DNA of 64,000 nucleotides, from contig NC_043014.1 in assembly GCF_006345805.1 (NCBI RefSeq), positions 33,852,001-33,916,000 on the forward strand, given 5' to 3'. Made by a program: the position numbers and the translations under genes. Under the pieces are notes generated by a model. It did not search any database and had not been told where the DNA came from. It saw only the letters and a program-made list of their open reading frames with translations. Within the stretch, counting starts at the first letter, position 1, and every line of letters begins with the position of its first letter. Shown piece by piece: positions 63,851-64,000 of this stretch. Origin of the DNA: Octopus sinensis (lineage: Eukaryota).

Positions 63851-64000
63851 TGTAGGTAGATAGGTAGGTGAGTGTGTAGGTACACTCGTAGGTATGTATA
63901 CAGCTATGTATGTATATAAATGGGTAGGTAGGTAAGTAGGTATGTATGAATGTAAACATAGGTATATATGTAGGTAAGTGAGTAAGTAGGTAAGTACATA

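Overview
Eukaryotic, AT-rich, microsatellite- and transposon-saturated DNA. The repeat content (tRNA-derived SINEs with a Nin-type central domain, RTE, CR1 and Dong/R4 LINEs, TTAGGG-type repeats) points to an octopus or related coleoid genome; this is inference. Almost all ORFs in the supplied track are microsatellite or transposon artefacts. The only host gene I can support is not in the ORF track: three phase-compatible minus-strand exons (53613-53529, 51374-51281, 42198-42120) encoding an 85-aa C-terminus that I do not recognise. Positions 1-41 kb look intergenic. They hold a decayed Tigger/pogo transposon, mariner and Tc1 remnants, LINE fragments, a 100-N scaffold gap and a ~3.5 kb inverted segmental duplication with a third partial copy. 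The most interesting unexplained signal is a set of hammerhead-ribozyme-like motifs: in a tRNA-headed SINE (15.4-16.0 kb), in two foldback elements (12.4 kb and 23.7-24.4 kb) and in a degenerate intronic copy (42.6 kb). All alignments and folds were done by eye, so repeat boundaries are approximate (tens of bp) unless a TSD, TIR or splice site is quoted.
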